Virus record (IMG/VR): IMGVR_UViG_3300047407_000118
Coordinates: 1 to 64,000 of that record
Source of the DNA: an uncultured virus (IMG/VR IMGVR_UViG_3300047407_000118)
Taxonomy: Duplodnaviria > Heunggongvirae > Uroviricota > Caudoviricetes
Length of the DNA: 64,000 nucleotides
Reading direction: 5' to 3' (one strand)
The notes beneath the pieces were generated by a model. That model had not been told where the DNA came from. It saw only the letters and a list, made by a program, of their open reading frames with translations, and searched no databases. The translations under genes and the position numbers were made by a program. Below, in pieces: positions 17,848-26,638 of the stretch (position 1 is the first letter of the stretch; every line of letters starts with the position of its first letter).

Positions 17848-19755
17848 TTAGTCCACCAGCCAGGACAATCCAACTGTGGTTGAGTTGAATGATTGTGAGC
17901 AACTTATAAAAATACTAATAGTTTCTCCGGGTGCCAACACAAAGTTATAGGGCAGCAAGTTGAATTGAGCACCACCGTTGACCCCCACAGTCTGTACCAG
18001 TACAATCTGATCCGATGCCAAGGTTTCTGTAACTGCACTGGTGCTTATCTGCGCAAAGTTGAACGCAGTGGCACTGGGCTGCGGACTGAACACCAACAAG
18101 TCGCTGGTGCCTACTGCATTTTTGATCATATAAATCACAGCAGGATCGGTGCTTTTGAGACCCACTGACATGTCTTGTAATACCAAACTGCTCTTGTTGA
18201 CCATACCGTTTCGCACAAAAGGATTTTGCACACTGAGAAAATGCCATACTGTGTCTTTGGCTTTGGTCGCGCCATCAAGAGCATAAAAACTTTGACTTGA
18301 ATTTGTTTGTCTAATCTGACCCTGTATGCCGGTCATGATACTGGCGCCTGTGACGACTACATTTTGACTGGGTGTGGCACCCGAGGTGGTTCCTGACCTA
18401 TAAACAATACGCAAACTGGGTTTTCTAATGTGTGGTGCTGGATTGTTACCATCAGCATCGGTCCATCGCTGGGTGTGCATCAAGGTCATCTGACCTGTGG
18501 CAGGATCTTCCATGAACAATCGCACGATACCTGCGCCCAACCAACGGAAATCCACTGCCCACACATTGAGTTTGGTTGGATCAAAGCTCACATTCTGATT
18601 GTCCCATTGATCCACATAGGTCCATGTGTCAGTGGGTGTGGCACCTGCTTGTGTTTGTGAAAATGTACCAGCTGCTGCGGTGCCAGTGCCTGTGCTGGAA
18701 AAACTGTATGTTCCAGATTTGGCACCTGGTGAGTAGTATGTGAATGTCACTGTGCTGCCACAGGCATCGATATCCCAAAGATTGTTGGGGACTGTCTGTG
18801 CTTTTAGTAATTTGGCAATTTGTGCGGCACAATAAGCTGTGCTGGAGCTGGTGGCCAGGCTTACTGTGTAAGCAGAACCATCGAGAGTGATGGTAGCAGT
18901 TTGAGCACCAGTGTTTTGTTGTGTTATGGTCAGTGTTTGTATTTCGGTCTTGCCACCTAATCTGTGCAAGAAGCCAATCTTCTGCGCACGGTTAGAATTT
19001 GCAGTGCTGGTGCTGCCGCTGTAACCTATGGCATAGCCATCTTCGCGGTCGATGGGTCCAGTGGTTTGCACTATGTTTGCTACTCCTAGACCATTTTTGT
19101 TTGTGGCATTGGCTGTAAAGGCCGCGGTCCAGCGGAACATGGATCCTTGGCCAGGTTGATACGTCATGTATCTAGAAGTTGCCAACCTAGCATAACCACC
19201 AGGTGACGTTCCTGAATTTACCTGCCATGTGCTCACACTGCTGAGCACAACATTACCATTGCTGAGTTGAGTGGTGCTCCAAATATCTGGATCCAATCCA
19301 TAAACTCCATCAGCTTGTATCACTGGAGTTATGGTGATGGCCAAAGGTTCTTGGAATGCAGTTTTTTCTGCTGGATCAACTGTGGTGGTAATGTTACCAC
19401 TGCTGACCGTGACATTTCCACTGACTGACCATGGAGTGGTTCCTTGTGTGACGTTTACGTTGCCCAAGATTCCCACATTGCCACTGACGTTGGCATTTCC
19501 AAGAATGCCCACATTGCCTTGCACAGTGACATTGCTGGTGATGCCTGCGATGTTGCCGGTGACACTCACAGGCATGTAAGTATGGCTGAGATCTATGTTG
19601 CCCAGTGAACCAATGGCCACATTGCCCACTGACACATTGCCTGCGAGTACACTGTTGGTGCGCAGGAACACATTGCCCGTGGCCGAATCCAGCTCTAGAG
19701 CCTGCGTGATGTTGCGCAAATACCAGGGTGCCACTTGAGATGGGTTTGGTTCCAT
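17848..19755 (-). CDS. putative virion structural protein
   Basis: 635 aa, T/S/G/N-rich, GNV repeats, YQPG and DFRWLGAG motifs seen in phage structural proteins. Confidence 0.6.
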   Translation of the reverse strand: MEPNPSQVAPWYLRNITQALELDSATGNVFLRTNSVLAGNVSVGNVAIGSLGNIDLSHTYMPVSVTGNIAGITSNVTVQGNVGILGNANVSGNVGILGNVNVTQGTTPWSVSGNVTVSSGNITTTVDPAEKTAFQEPLAITITPVIQADGVYGLDPDIWSTTQLSNGNVVLSSVSTWQVNSGTSPGGYARLATSRYMTYQPGQGSMFRWTAAFTANATNKNGLGVANIVQTTGPIDREDGYAIGYSGSTSTANSNRAQKIGFLHRLGGKTEIQTLTITQQNTGAQTATITLDGSAYTVSLATSSSTAYCAAQIAKLLKAQTVPNNLWDIDACGSTVTFTYYSPGAKSGTYSFSSTGTGTAAAGTFSQTQAGATPTDTWTYVDQWDNQNVSFDPTKLNVWAVDFRWLGAGIVRLFMEDPATGQMTLMHTQRWTDADGNNPAPHIRKPSLRIVYRSGTTSGATPSQNVVVTGASIMTGIQGQIRQTNSSQSFYALDGATKAKDTVWHFLSVQNPFVRNGMVNKSSLVLQDMSVGLKSTDPAVIYMIKNAVGTSDLLVFSPQPSATAFNFAQISTSAVTETLASDQIVLVQTVGVNGGAQFNLLPYNFVLAPGETISIFISCSQSFNSTTVGLSWLVD

Positions 19756-20135
19756 TATCTAGGATATCCAGAAAATGCCCGTAGCGGGCTTTGACTATTT
19801 ACCAAATTGGGTTCTTGGCTGGTACGGGTAGAGATCAACTGTTTGCCGCCCGGTGTGTCGGTCATGGCCAAGGCACGATCTATGATCTTTTCTACGTTGT
19901 CGTTGAAACCCACGACCATGGCGTTTTGTCCCACAGTGATCGTGGGAAATTCTTCCGAATCCTGCACATATCCCCCGGCTTCGGCTCGAGCTCGCGCCAT
20001 GGCCACGCCCAGGCGCATGGTATGATAGGCATCGTTGTTGCGTATGCCAGGCAATCGATAGGCATGCTGCATGGGTTCGGCCACTTCGGCTGGCAAACGT
20101 TCCAGCTGTTCCATGACAAATTCTCGTGCTCTCAT
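19755..20135 (-). CDS. MRAREF-family paralog 1 (putative head-internal protein)
   Basis: MRAREFVME...SPLRAFSGYPR. Confidence 0.75.
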   Translation of the reverse strand: MRAREFVMEQLERLPAEVAEPMQHAYRLPGIRNNDAYHTMRLGVAMARARAEAGGYVQDSEEFPTITVGQNAMVVGFNDNVEKIIDRALAMTDTPGGKQLISTRTSQEPNLVNSQSPLRAFSGYPR

Positions 20136-20530
20136 CGTGAGTATCCCGCAAACGGTCGCAAGGGACTGGTCTTGTCCACATCATCAGCTTCTTCACTGGT
20201 TGCTGTGCTGATCAGACGCTTGTCACTGGGACTCTGTCCTATGGCCTTGAGAGCTTCGTCGATCCAGTCTTCGATGTCGGGGTCAAAACTCACAACCACT
20301 TGGTTTTCACCCCAGGCGCTGCGCGGTGCGAAATCATGCACAGTACCTTCGCCGGCCTGTTCACGACCACGGCGTCCCTTGGCCTGGGCTATGGCCACCC
20401 CAAATCTGTATTGCTCATAGGGGTCTTGATTTTGCAGTTTGGTCAACACATACGTGGCCGGCAGGGCCCGAGCCACATCATCCTGGAGGCTACCCACGCG
20501 AGATTCGGCTACAAATTCACGCGCTCTCAT
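20132..20530 (-). CDS. MRAREF-family paralog 2
   Basis: MRAREFVAE...SPLRPFAGYSR. Confidence 0.75.
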   Translation of the reverse strand: MRAREFVAESRVGSLQDDVARALPATYVLTKLQNQDPYEQYRFGVAIAQAKGRRGREQAGEGTVHDFAPRSAWGENQVVVSFDPDIEDWIDEALKAIGQSPSDKRLISTATSEEADDVDKTSPLRPFAGYSR

Positions 20531-20925
20531 CGTGCGTATCCTGCAAAAGGTCGTACAGGACTGTTTCGGTGCACATAATCAGGTTCACGGCTGCGATTGT
20601 CCGTGAGTTTGTTCACGCGACCTGCCTGCACCATCTGGGCGGCAGCATTGATGATTTCCATGTCAACATCACTATAACAGGCCAACAGGGGATCGCCCGC
20701 AAAGGCGCCCGCAGGTGGCGTAGGGTAATCGGGTGCACCGGCCATGGCGATACTGAATCGCCACTGGGTATAGGGACTGCCGCCCTGCTTGTTGCTGCTG
20801 ATATCGGGCATGCTGATCGCGCCCTTGATAGTTGTACGGTGCGAATGCGGCAGTTTGCGAGAGCTGGCCGGCACATCTGCGGCTCTACCGTAGCGTGTTT
20901 CTGTTACAAATTCTCGTGCTCTCAT
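20527..20925 (-). CDS. MRAREF-family paralog 3
   Basis: MRAREFVTE...SPVRPFAGYAR. Confidence 0.75.
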   Translation of the reverse strand: MRAREFVTETRYGRAADVPASSRKLPHSHRTTIKGAISMPDISSNKQGGSPYTQWRFSIAMAGAPDYPTPPAGAFAGDPLLACYSDVDMEIINAAAQMVQAGRVNKLTDNRSREPDYVHRNSPVRPFAGYAR

Positions 20926-21803
20926 TTGCCATCATCTCCTAGATGCATGTGACTGAAGGGTTTGGTACCGCGATTCTTCTGCCATAGCAGTCTATTACTT
21001 AGTATTTCGACCCAGACATTGGTATCAGGACGATTCAAGCGCCAGAAATCAAACTCGATATGGCTGCTGACCGGACGACAGTAGAGAGTACGCTCCCGGG
21101 GCACACATAGCTGCTGGCTGGTGGTGCGAAATTTCTTGGGTTCGGTACTGTATCGCATGATGTTCAGCTGCGGGTTTGGGATGTTGATCTGGCACATGCC
21201 ATCCACGAGATCCTGGGGAGTACGGGCGTCACGTACCACCTGTTGAGCCTGTAGCAGTCGAGCTCGACTGCTTATGCGATCCTGGGTCTCTTGCGTGTTT
21301 TTGGCGTTGTTTTGGAATCCGGCCCAGGGCAGCCAGATGCCGTGATTGGTACGAGCCACCAGTTGCGTGTGCGGAATCAATTTTACTTTAGATCTATAGG
21401 GTCTACGTCCATCTTGATCGCCGGCTTCTATGAGATACAGTGTTTCTTGATCAAACACCATGGTGCAGCCACCCAGCTTTCCCTGGATCAGGACGTCAAC
21501 TGCGGGTTTGACTTCGCGCTCGAGCAAGGCCCGAGCAATCAAGCGACCATCCGGGCTGGTATCGGCTTCACCTTGTTCAATGGCTCGTTCGTCTGTGTAC
21601 ACATCCAGGCTGGTATTGAGTATGCTGATGCCCTGACTGTTGATACCTTCTTTGTAGCCGGTCACACGATCATGCATCATCATGCGTGACACGCCCCGCT
21701 CGGTACTTTCGATAAAGTCCAGGCGCGGTACGTAGTTACGATCTCGATTCTTGGCCCCGGCCCACCCAATCCCGGGAAAGTATCGGGCCACGATTATGCA
21801 CAT
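20922..21803 (-). CDS. Ntn-hydrolase-like protein (N-terminal Cys nucleophile)
   Basis: MCIIVA...KNRDR, EGINSQG, RTNHG, SRAR motifs resembling C45/NRDE-type Ntn hydrolases. Confidence 0.65.
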   Translation of the reverse strand: MCIIVARYFPGIGWAGAKNRDRNYVPRLDFIESTERGVSRMMMHDRVTGYKEGINSQGISILNTSLDVYTDERAIEQGEADTSPDGRLIARALLEREVKPAVDVLIQGKLGGCTMVFDQETLYLIEAGDQDGRRPYRSKVKLIPHTQLVARTNHGIWLPWAGFQNNAKNTQETQDRISSRARLLQAQQVVRDARTPQDLVDGMCQINIPNPQLNIMRYSTEPKKFRTTSQQLCVPRERTLYCRPVSSHIEFDFWRLNRPDTNVWVEILSNRLLWQKNRGTKPFSHMHLGDDGK

Positions 21804-21805
21804 GG

Positions 21806-22186
21806 CTAGCGCCCATATCCGGCAAAAGGTTTTACCGGACTCTGTACCTGCACATCCGACGTTTCACGACTGCCTTTGCTCACGTAATCATGCGGCTTCA
21901 TTTTCAAATGCTTCATGATGGCCATGAGCTTTTCACGGTCATAGTCGGTATAGGCGCTGAACAGTGGTAGATTGCCGCAGAAACTCAGCTGATCAAGTTC
22001 TTTGAGCTTTTTGGGATCCATGCCGGCCAAGGAACTCACACGATAAAAATCATAATAGCGACCCCAGTATACGTCGCCCGATCCCGAAGGTGCTACCAGA
22101 CCGGGATGCGCGGTTTCAAATTCCGGTGCGGCCGCTGTTCTGCTACCGCCCCGAGGCGATTCAGTAATGAACTCGCGGGCGCGCAC
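21806..22186 (-). CDS. MRAREF-family paralog 4 (GTG start)
   Basis: GTG at 22186 gives (M)RAREFITE...SPVKPFAGYGR; the longer track ORF overlaps another gene. Confidence 0.75.
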   Translation of the reverse strand: MRAREFITESPRGGSRTAAAPEFETAHPGLVAPSGSGDVYWGRYYDFYRVSSLAGMDPKKLKELDQLSFCGNLPLFSAYTDYDREKLMAIMKHLKMKPHDYVSKGSRETSDVQVQSPVKPFAGYGR

Positions 22187-22188
22187 AA

Positions 22189-22482
22189 TCAGTAGCTTCC
22201 CAGGCCGATCACACCTGCTGTGGCCGAACTGGCTGTGCCCAGTTCCAGGGCCGTCCAGTTGCTGCCGGTTATGGTCACATGATTGCCTGCGCCTGAATAG
22301 AGATCTCGCGTGGCATTTGCCGGCACCTGTATGGCCGCGCTGTAGATGTTGCCCACAGGTGAGGCCGATCCCAGGGCCACGGCATAGACCTGATAGGTCA
22401 CTGCGGTGTTTCCGGTACTCACACGCAGCTTGTCGGTGTACACTGCGGCGTTGCCCAGACTGGTATAGACATTGGCGCTCAT
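22189..22482 (-). CDS. small putative structural protein
   Basis: 97 aa, T/A/G/V-rich, AAGGA RBS. Confidence 0.7.
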   Translation of the reverse strand: MSANVYTSLGNAAVYTDKLRVSTGNTAVTYQVYAVALGSASPVGNIYSAAIQVPANATRDLYSGAGNHVTITGSNWTALELGTASSATAGVIGLGSY

Positions 22483-22637
22483 TTGTGATTATCCTTGTTA
22501 GTGGTTCCGGTATAGGGTTGATACAGTTTACGGGTCTGGTCCAGCACACCTGGGATGTCTACCGGTTGTGGTTGTGCAACCGGGGCTACCGGTACTGTGC
22601 GGAAAAGATCCCGGGGCTGATTGTTTTCAAAATTCAT
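22479..22637 (-). CDS. small hypothetical protein
   Basis: MNFENNQPRD... fills the gap and ends in an ATGA overlap; start uncertain. Confidence 0.45.
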   Translation of the reverse strand: MNFENNQPRDLFRTVPVAPVAQPQPVDIPGVLDQTRKLYQPYTGTTNKDNHK

Positions 22638-22662
22638 ACGGATTCGATCTATAGTCATGATA

Positions 22663-24615
22663 TCACCAGGCTCGGCAGCTCCAATATCTGGCTTTCCAAC
22701 GCGGACCAGGATTGGCACAGTTGTGGCGGGCCCGGAAGCTCTTGCGGCGTTTTGGGTTGGATTTTTTGATGCGCATCTTCTTGTCACCAAAGTTGACCTT
22801 GACCACATTGCCTTTGGGACCTTTCACATACACTTTGCTTTTCTTTACATCTCCGGCCATGGGCTTGCCCAGGGGTACTTCACGTCCTTGGTATTTGGCT
22901 TCCATGGGTGCAGGATCATCTACGTCGTATGGATCTTCCGCATTGTGCTGTTTAGCGTCACGTGAGTCCCACTGTGCTTGTGCATCCTGTTCAGCAGCCT
23001 GCTGATATTCTGGGCTGTAGTCTGGATCAGTGATTAGATACTGAATCATGTGATCGTCAACTTTAGCAGCAATATTGTTACCAGTTACGTCACCACCAGT
23101 TAGTTTAACATGTAAATGTCCGGTTTGTGGATCAGGTGTAGCGATATAATTTACATATCCTTCTACTTCTTCACCATCGTCACCAATCCAGGTAACATCT
23201 GTGCTGCCTTCAAAACTTTCAGGATCGAATCCTTCGTTTTGCAGATGTTCCTCCACGGTTTCGGACAAGGGTGTGGTCTGAGGTTCTAGACCAGCCAATT
23301 CTTGTATGCGGCGCAGGGTTTGATCCGCTTCCGCCACACCTTGCTCTTGGCTCTCACCAAAACGAAACTTAGGGGCGGCACGTAACAACATTGCCACACC
23401 TTTATCAAATTTTGCGCGGTCGTAAAATTTCCCGTTGTTGATACTGGCTAAAATCGTTTTGACGCCAGGTATTCCCAGTAGTTGATTGGACATAAAATAT
23501 GTTCTGCCACCTGCGGCCGCATCAACTAAATCCAACAAATCTTCGGGGTAAAGACGATCTTCATTTTTTGGTGATCCATATTTGGCCCAGATTTTTTCTG
23601 CGATACGTTTTGCTTGCGAAGAGCCTTCCGCCACACCTTGTTCTCTATATTTCTTGGCGACATCTATTTCAATATCACCGTTGCCATTGCGCTCACTCCA
23701 GGCTGCAAATCGTTTTCCGTTGATAGTAACCAATTCACCACTTGCATTGGAAATATATTCTGCATTGTCATCTAGCAACTCACGGTTAACACGATTTACA
23801 TCACGCAACCACTTTTCATGGTTTCCGTAGGTCTCAAATCTTTTCTGCAATAAATCTCTAGTATCAACTGATGGCAAATTTACTCCAGAACGTGGCCCAA
23901 GCATATAATCGCTGGAACTTAAACTACCTGGCAAGCCTGCCTCCGCTACACCTTGCTCATTGACATTATCTCTGACATATAATGTATCTTTGGGGAATTT
24001 TGCGATCCACTTAGCACCGGCTGGAGTTATCTTGTAAATCCCATCCAACGATGAGATTATACCCTTTTTTACTAATTTTGGTAGGAATCTTTCCAGGAAA
24101 TCTCTTTTGATAAACACATTGCCATGAAGCGCACTGGCTAATTTACGTCCAGACAATCCAGAATCTTCGACCTGCTGTAACTGTAGTAACGTTCTTGCGA
24201 CATCTTTTCGATTGAACGTATGTTGAAACTTGCCTTCCGCCACACCTTTGACATGCCAAGTTTTATGGCATTGATGGCATTCTTTCTCACCATCACTGTA
24301 GGTTTTGATGTCGGTACTGTAACAGCCTGGGCAATGTGTACTGGTGGTGGGTTTGGCACCGGTACCTGACTTTGTCTTGGGTTCTGGTTCGTTCTTTTGA
24401 TCTTGGGCCATGCCTTGCTCTTCCAGCAGTCCATAGCTTTCCAAGATCCGCATCATGTCTTCGTCTGCGGCCAAGACCACACCATCTTCCACAACGTCAA
24501 CTATGTGTGACTCTACCAGGCATTCTTCACGGATGTTTATGGCAAAGTCATCACCCACGGCCGGTGCTGCGACCCAGGATTCTGCTTCGTTGATATGGTC
24601 TCGCAGTGTTTTCAT
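22663..24615 (-). CDS. cassette-structured polyprotein with GVAE junctions
   Basis: 650 aa; four GVAE junctions; zinc ribbon and winged-helix-like modules; basic C-terminal domain RRKSFRARHNC..ARYWSC. Confidence 0.75.
   Translation of the reverse strand: MKTLRDHINEAESWVAAPAVGDDFAINIREECLVESHIVDVVEDGVVLAADEDMMRILESYGLLEEQGMAQDQKNEPEPKTKSGTGAKPTTSTHCPGCYSTDIKTYSDGEKECHQCHKTWHVKGVAEGKFQHTFNRKDVARTLLQLQQVEDSGLSGRKLASALHGNVFIKRDFLERFLPKLVKKGIISSLDGIYKITPAGAKWIAKFPKDTLYVRDNVNEQGVAEAGLPGSLSSSDYMLGPRSGVNLPSVDTRDLLQKRFETYGNHEKWLRDVNRVNRELLDDNAEYISNASGELVTINGKRFAAWSERNGNGDIEIDVAKKYREQGVAEGSSQAKRIAEKIWAKYGSPKNEDRLYPEDLLDLVDAAAGGRTYFMSNQLLGIPGVKTILASINNGKFYDRAKFDKGVAMLLRAAPKFRFGESQEQGVAEADQTLRRIQELAGLEPQTTPLSETVEEHLQNEGFDPESFEGSTDVTWIGDDGEEVEGYVNYIATPDPQTGHLHVKLTGGDVTGNNIAAKVDDHMIQYLITDPDYSPEYQQAAEQDAQAQWDSRDAKQHNAEDPYDVDDPAPMEAKYQGREVPLGKPMAGDVKKSKVYVKGPKGNVVKVNFGDKKMRIKKSNPKRRKSFRARHNCANPGPRWKARYWSCRAW
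23326..24249 (-). repeat. four dispersed 18-bp direct repeats CAAGGTGTGGCGGAAGGC
   Basis: Copies at 24232-24249, 23938-23955, 23623-23640, 23326-23343 (spacings 294, 315, 297 bp); further copies at 13735-13752 and 26427-26444. Confidence 0.9.
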
Positions 24616-24617
24616 GG

Positions 24618-26633
24618 TTAGGCCTTATATGCTTTCCACAAGCGAGTCATGTCCTGGAGACTGGACTCAAACGCTTGATTTTCTTTATTGCTGCTGAGTT
24701 TATCCTGTAGGGCCTTTCCCGCCATCTGACCTGCCAGGCTTGCAGCACCTCGTGTCAGTGCACTGGCACCGGATCCCACGGCAGTGCGAGCTAGAGCAGC
24801 ACCAATAGCCGGTAACACTTCGTCTAGTTTTTGGTCTTTTTCTGCTGCGGCTTGTGTCATGGGCTCTTCCCGATCACCATCTTGGTCGATGTCCAAGAAA
24901 TCGGGTTTAGCAGCTTCCTGCACCCCGGCCAGTTCCCGGATACGCTCCAGGCTTTCGTCCATGGGCCGATCACATTCGCATTTGCTTTCGTACATGCCAC
25001 ATTCCATGCATTTGTTTTCGTCGAGATCTTCGGTTTCCTGCACACGCACCGCAGTGGTAGGCATCACGGTCTGACCATCGCCAGCAACATCAGTCTTGGG
25101 TTTGTTGACACCACCTGAGTATTGCAGGGCATCGGAGTTTGTTTCGGTGTTGGTGGGCCATTCCGGTTGATTTTCATCTACCTGCGTGGCACAGGCACAG
25201 GGCTCTTGACCACAGCTGGGGCAGGCATGTGAATCCGGGGTGTGCGGCATGACCCCCACACCAGCACGTTTTAGGAGCTCAATCAAATCACCTGCATCTT
25301 CTTCGGTGGCTGTGACTGTGACTGAATCATTGCCTTCGCTACTGCGGCTGATGTTTACGCTCATGCTTTCAGAGATCATGGCTTCCAGTTCACGGTTCAT
25401 GCTGTCATAGATGCCTTTACCATACTGCATTTTACCACCCGGAGATTTCTTGGGGACATCCGCGGATTCTGACTTGGCTCGCGGTGCCGGGGCTGTCGCG
25501 ACCGATCCCGCTACTGTGGAAGTTTCTTCCACTTCTTTTTTCTTGGTGGGCAGACCTTTTTCTTTGGTAGCAGCAAACTTATGCAGTTCCTTCTTGCTCA
25601 TCTTGGCCATCTCTCGGCTGGCACCGCGTAGTTCGGATTTGGGGATTTCACCCTTCTGTGCCGCATGTGCGATGCCGGCAGCGCGACGCTGGGCCACGCT
25701 CACGGCTTTTTCACCCAGTGGTTGTTCCTGGCCCTCTTCACCAGTGGCCATTTCCCCATCACGTTCGTGTTGGGTCTGCATGTAATCATCCACAGTGGAC
25801 ATCATGCCTTCGATCTTGGTCAACTTCATTTGTACCCATTCAGGCAAATCCTCGCGATCGGCCAGGATCTTTTCCAGGGCCTGGGCATGACGCACGATAG
25901 TATGGATCTGATCCTTGGCTTGATCGCCTTCGTTGCCGTATTCGCCCGCATCATCAGGCTGGGCTCCGGGTGGTAGCTCCTCAGCTATGGCGCCTTTGCG
26001 ATGCAGCTTGGATGTGCCCTTGACCTTGGCTCCGATTTTTTTGCCCCGGCCGGCACCCACGGCCTTGCGGCCCATATGACGTGGCTCACCGTCGTCTTGG
26101 TCATCGGCATCGGGTTCATCTGTCTGGCTCGCGCCACCATAGCGTTTGCCCTGCACTGATTTTACCGGCAGATCGGCCAGTTTGAGTTCTTCGACTTTAT
26201 GGGTGGCAGGCTTTTTCTTGGTTGTCTTTTTGACTACCTGCAGCACACCCTTGGCATCACGCCGGAGAGTTTCTTGGCCACCAGATGCTTTTTCCACTGC
26301 ACGGGTCAGATCGGGTGCTAGATCTCGACCACTGACCTTGGTCTTGGCCTTGGGCGGTTGGTTGAACGAAGAAGATTTACGCACACCAAACTTGTCATAG
26401 TCATCGCTGCTGAAGGGTTTTGGTTTGCCTTCCTCCACACCTTGCTTGGCCTGGCGAGCCGCTTGCTTCATGGGTTCGTGGCGATTGCCATCTTGGTCCA
26501 GATCCAAAAAATCAGGCTTGGCCGCTTCGCCTACTTTGTGGCGCAGTTTGTCCAACACAGCACCTTCTGTGAGCTGTTCCTTGCCTTGGGCCAGTTTGGC
26601 CAACTTTTTGTTCATGTCGTAAAAAAATGTCAT
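24618..26633 (-). CDS. modular acidic/basic polyprotein, probable head-internal
   Basis: 671 aa; two EAAKPDFLDxDQDG modules, QGVEEG junction, DUF3008-like segment, CxxC modules. Confidence 0.7.
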   Translation of the reverse strand: MTFFYDMNKKLAKLAQGKEQLTEGAVLDKLRHKVGEAAKPDFLDLDQDGNRHEPMKQAARQAKQGVEEGKPKPFSSDDYDKFGVRKSSSFNQPPKAKTKVSGRDLAPDLTRAVEKASGGQETLRRDAKGVLQVVKKTTKKKPATHKVEELKLADLPVKSVQGKRYGGASQTDEPDADDQDDGEPRHMGRKAVGAGRGKKIGAKVKGTSKLHRKGAIAEELPPGAQPDDAGEYGNEGDQAKDQIHTIVRHAQALEKILADREDLPEWVQMKLTKIEGMMSTVDDYMQTQHERDGEMATGEEGQEQPLGEKAVSVAQRRAAGIAHAAQKGEIPKSELRGASREMAKMSKKELHKFAATKEKGLPTKKKEVEETSTVAGSVATAPAPRAKSESADVPKKSPGGKMQYGKGIYDSMNRELEAMISESMSVNISRSSEGNDSVTVTATEEDAGDLIELLKRAGVGVMPHTPDSHACPSCGQEPCACATQVDENQPEWPTNTETNSDALQYSGGVNKPKTDVAGDGQTVMPTTAVRVQETEDLDENKCMECGMYESKCECDRPMDESLERIRELAGVQEAAKPDFLDIDQDGDREEPMTQAAAEKDQKLDEVLPAIGAALARTAVGSGASALTRGAASLAGQMAGKALQDKLSSNKENQAFESSLQDMTRLWKAYKA

Positions 26634-26638
26634 TGCAG

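Noticed and set aside
22187..22549. N-terminal half of the 247-aa track ORF
   Set aside because: Overlaps the 97-aa gene; the paralog motif places the start at GTG 22186.
23326..24249. Repeats as a CRISPR array
   Set aside because: Repeats are 18 bp, spacers near 300 bp and in-frame coding; no cas genes.
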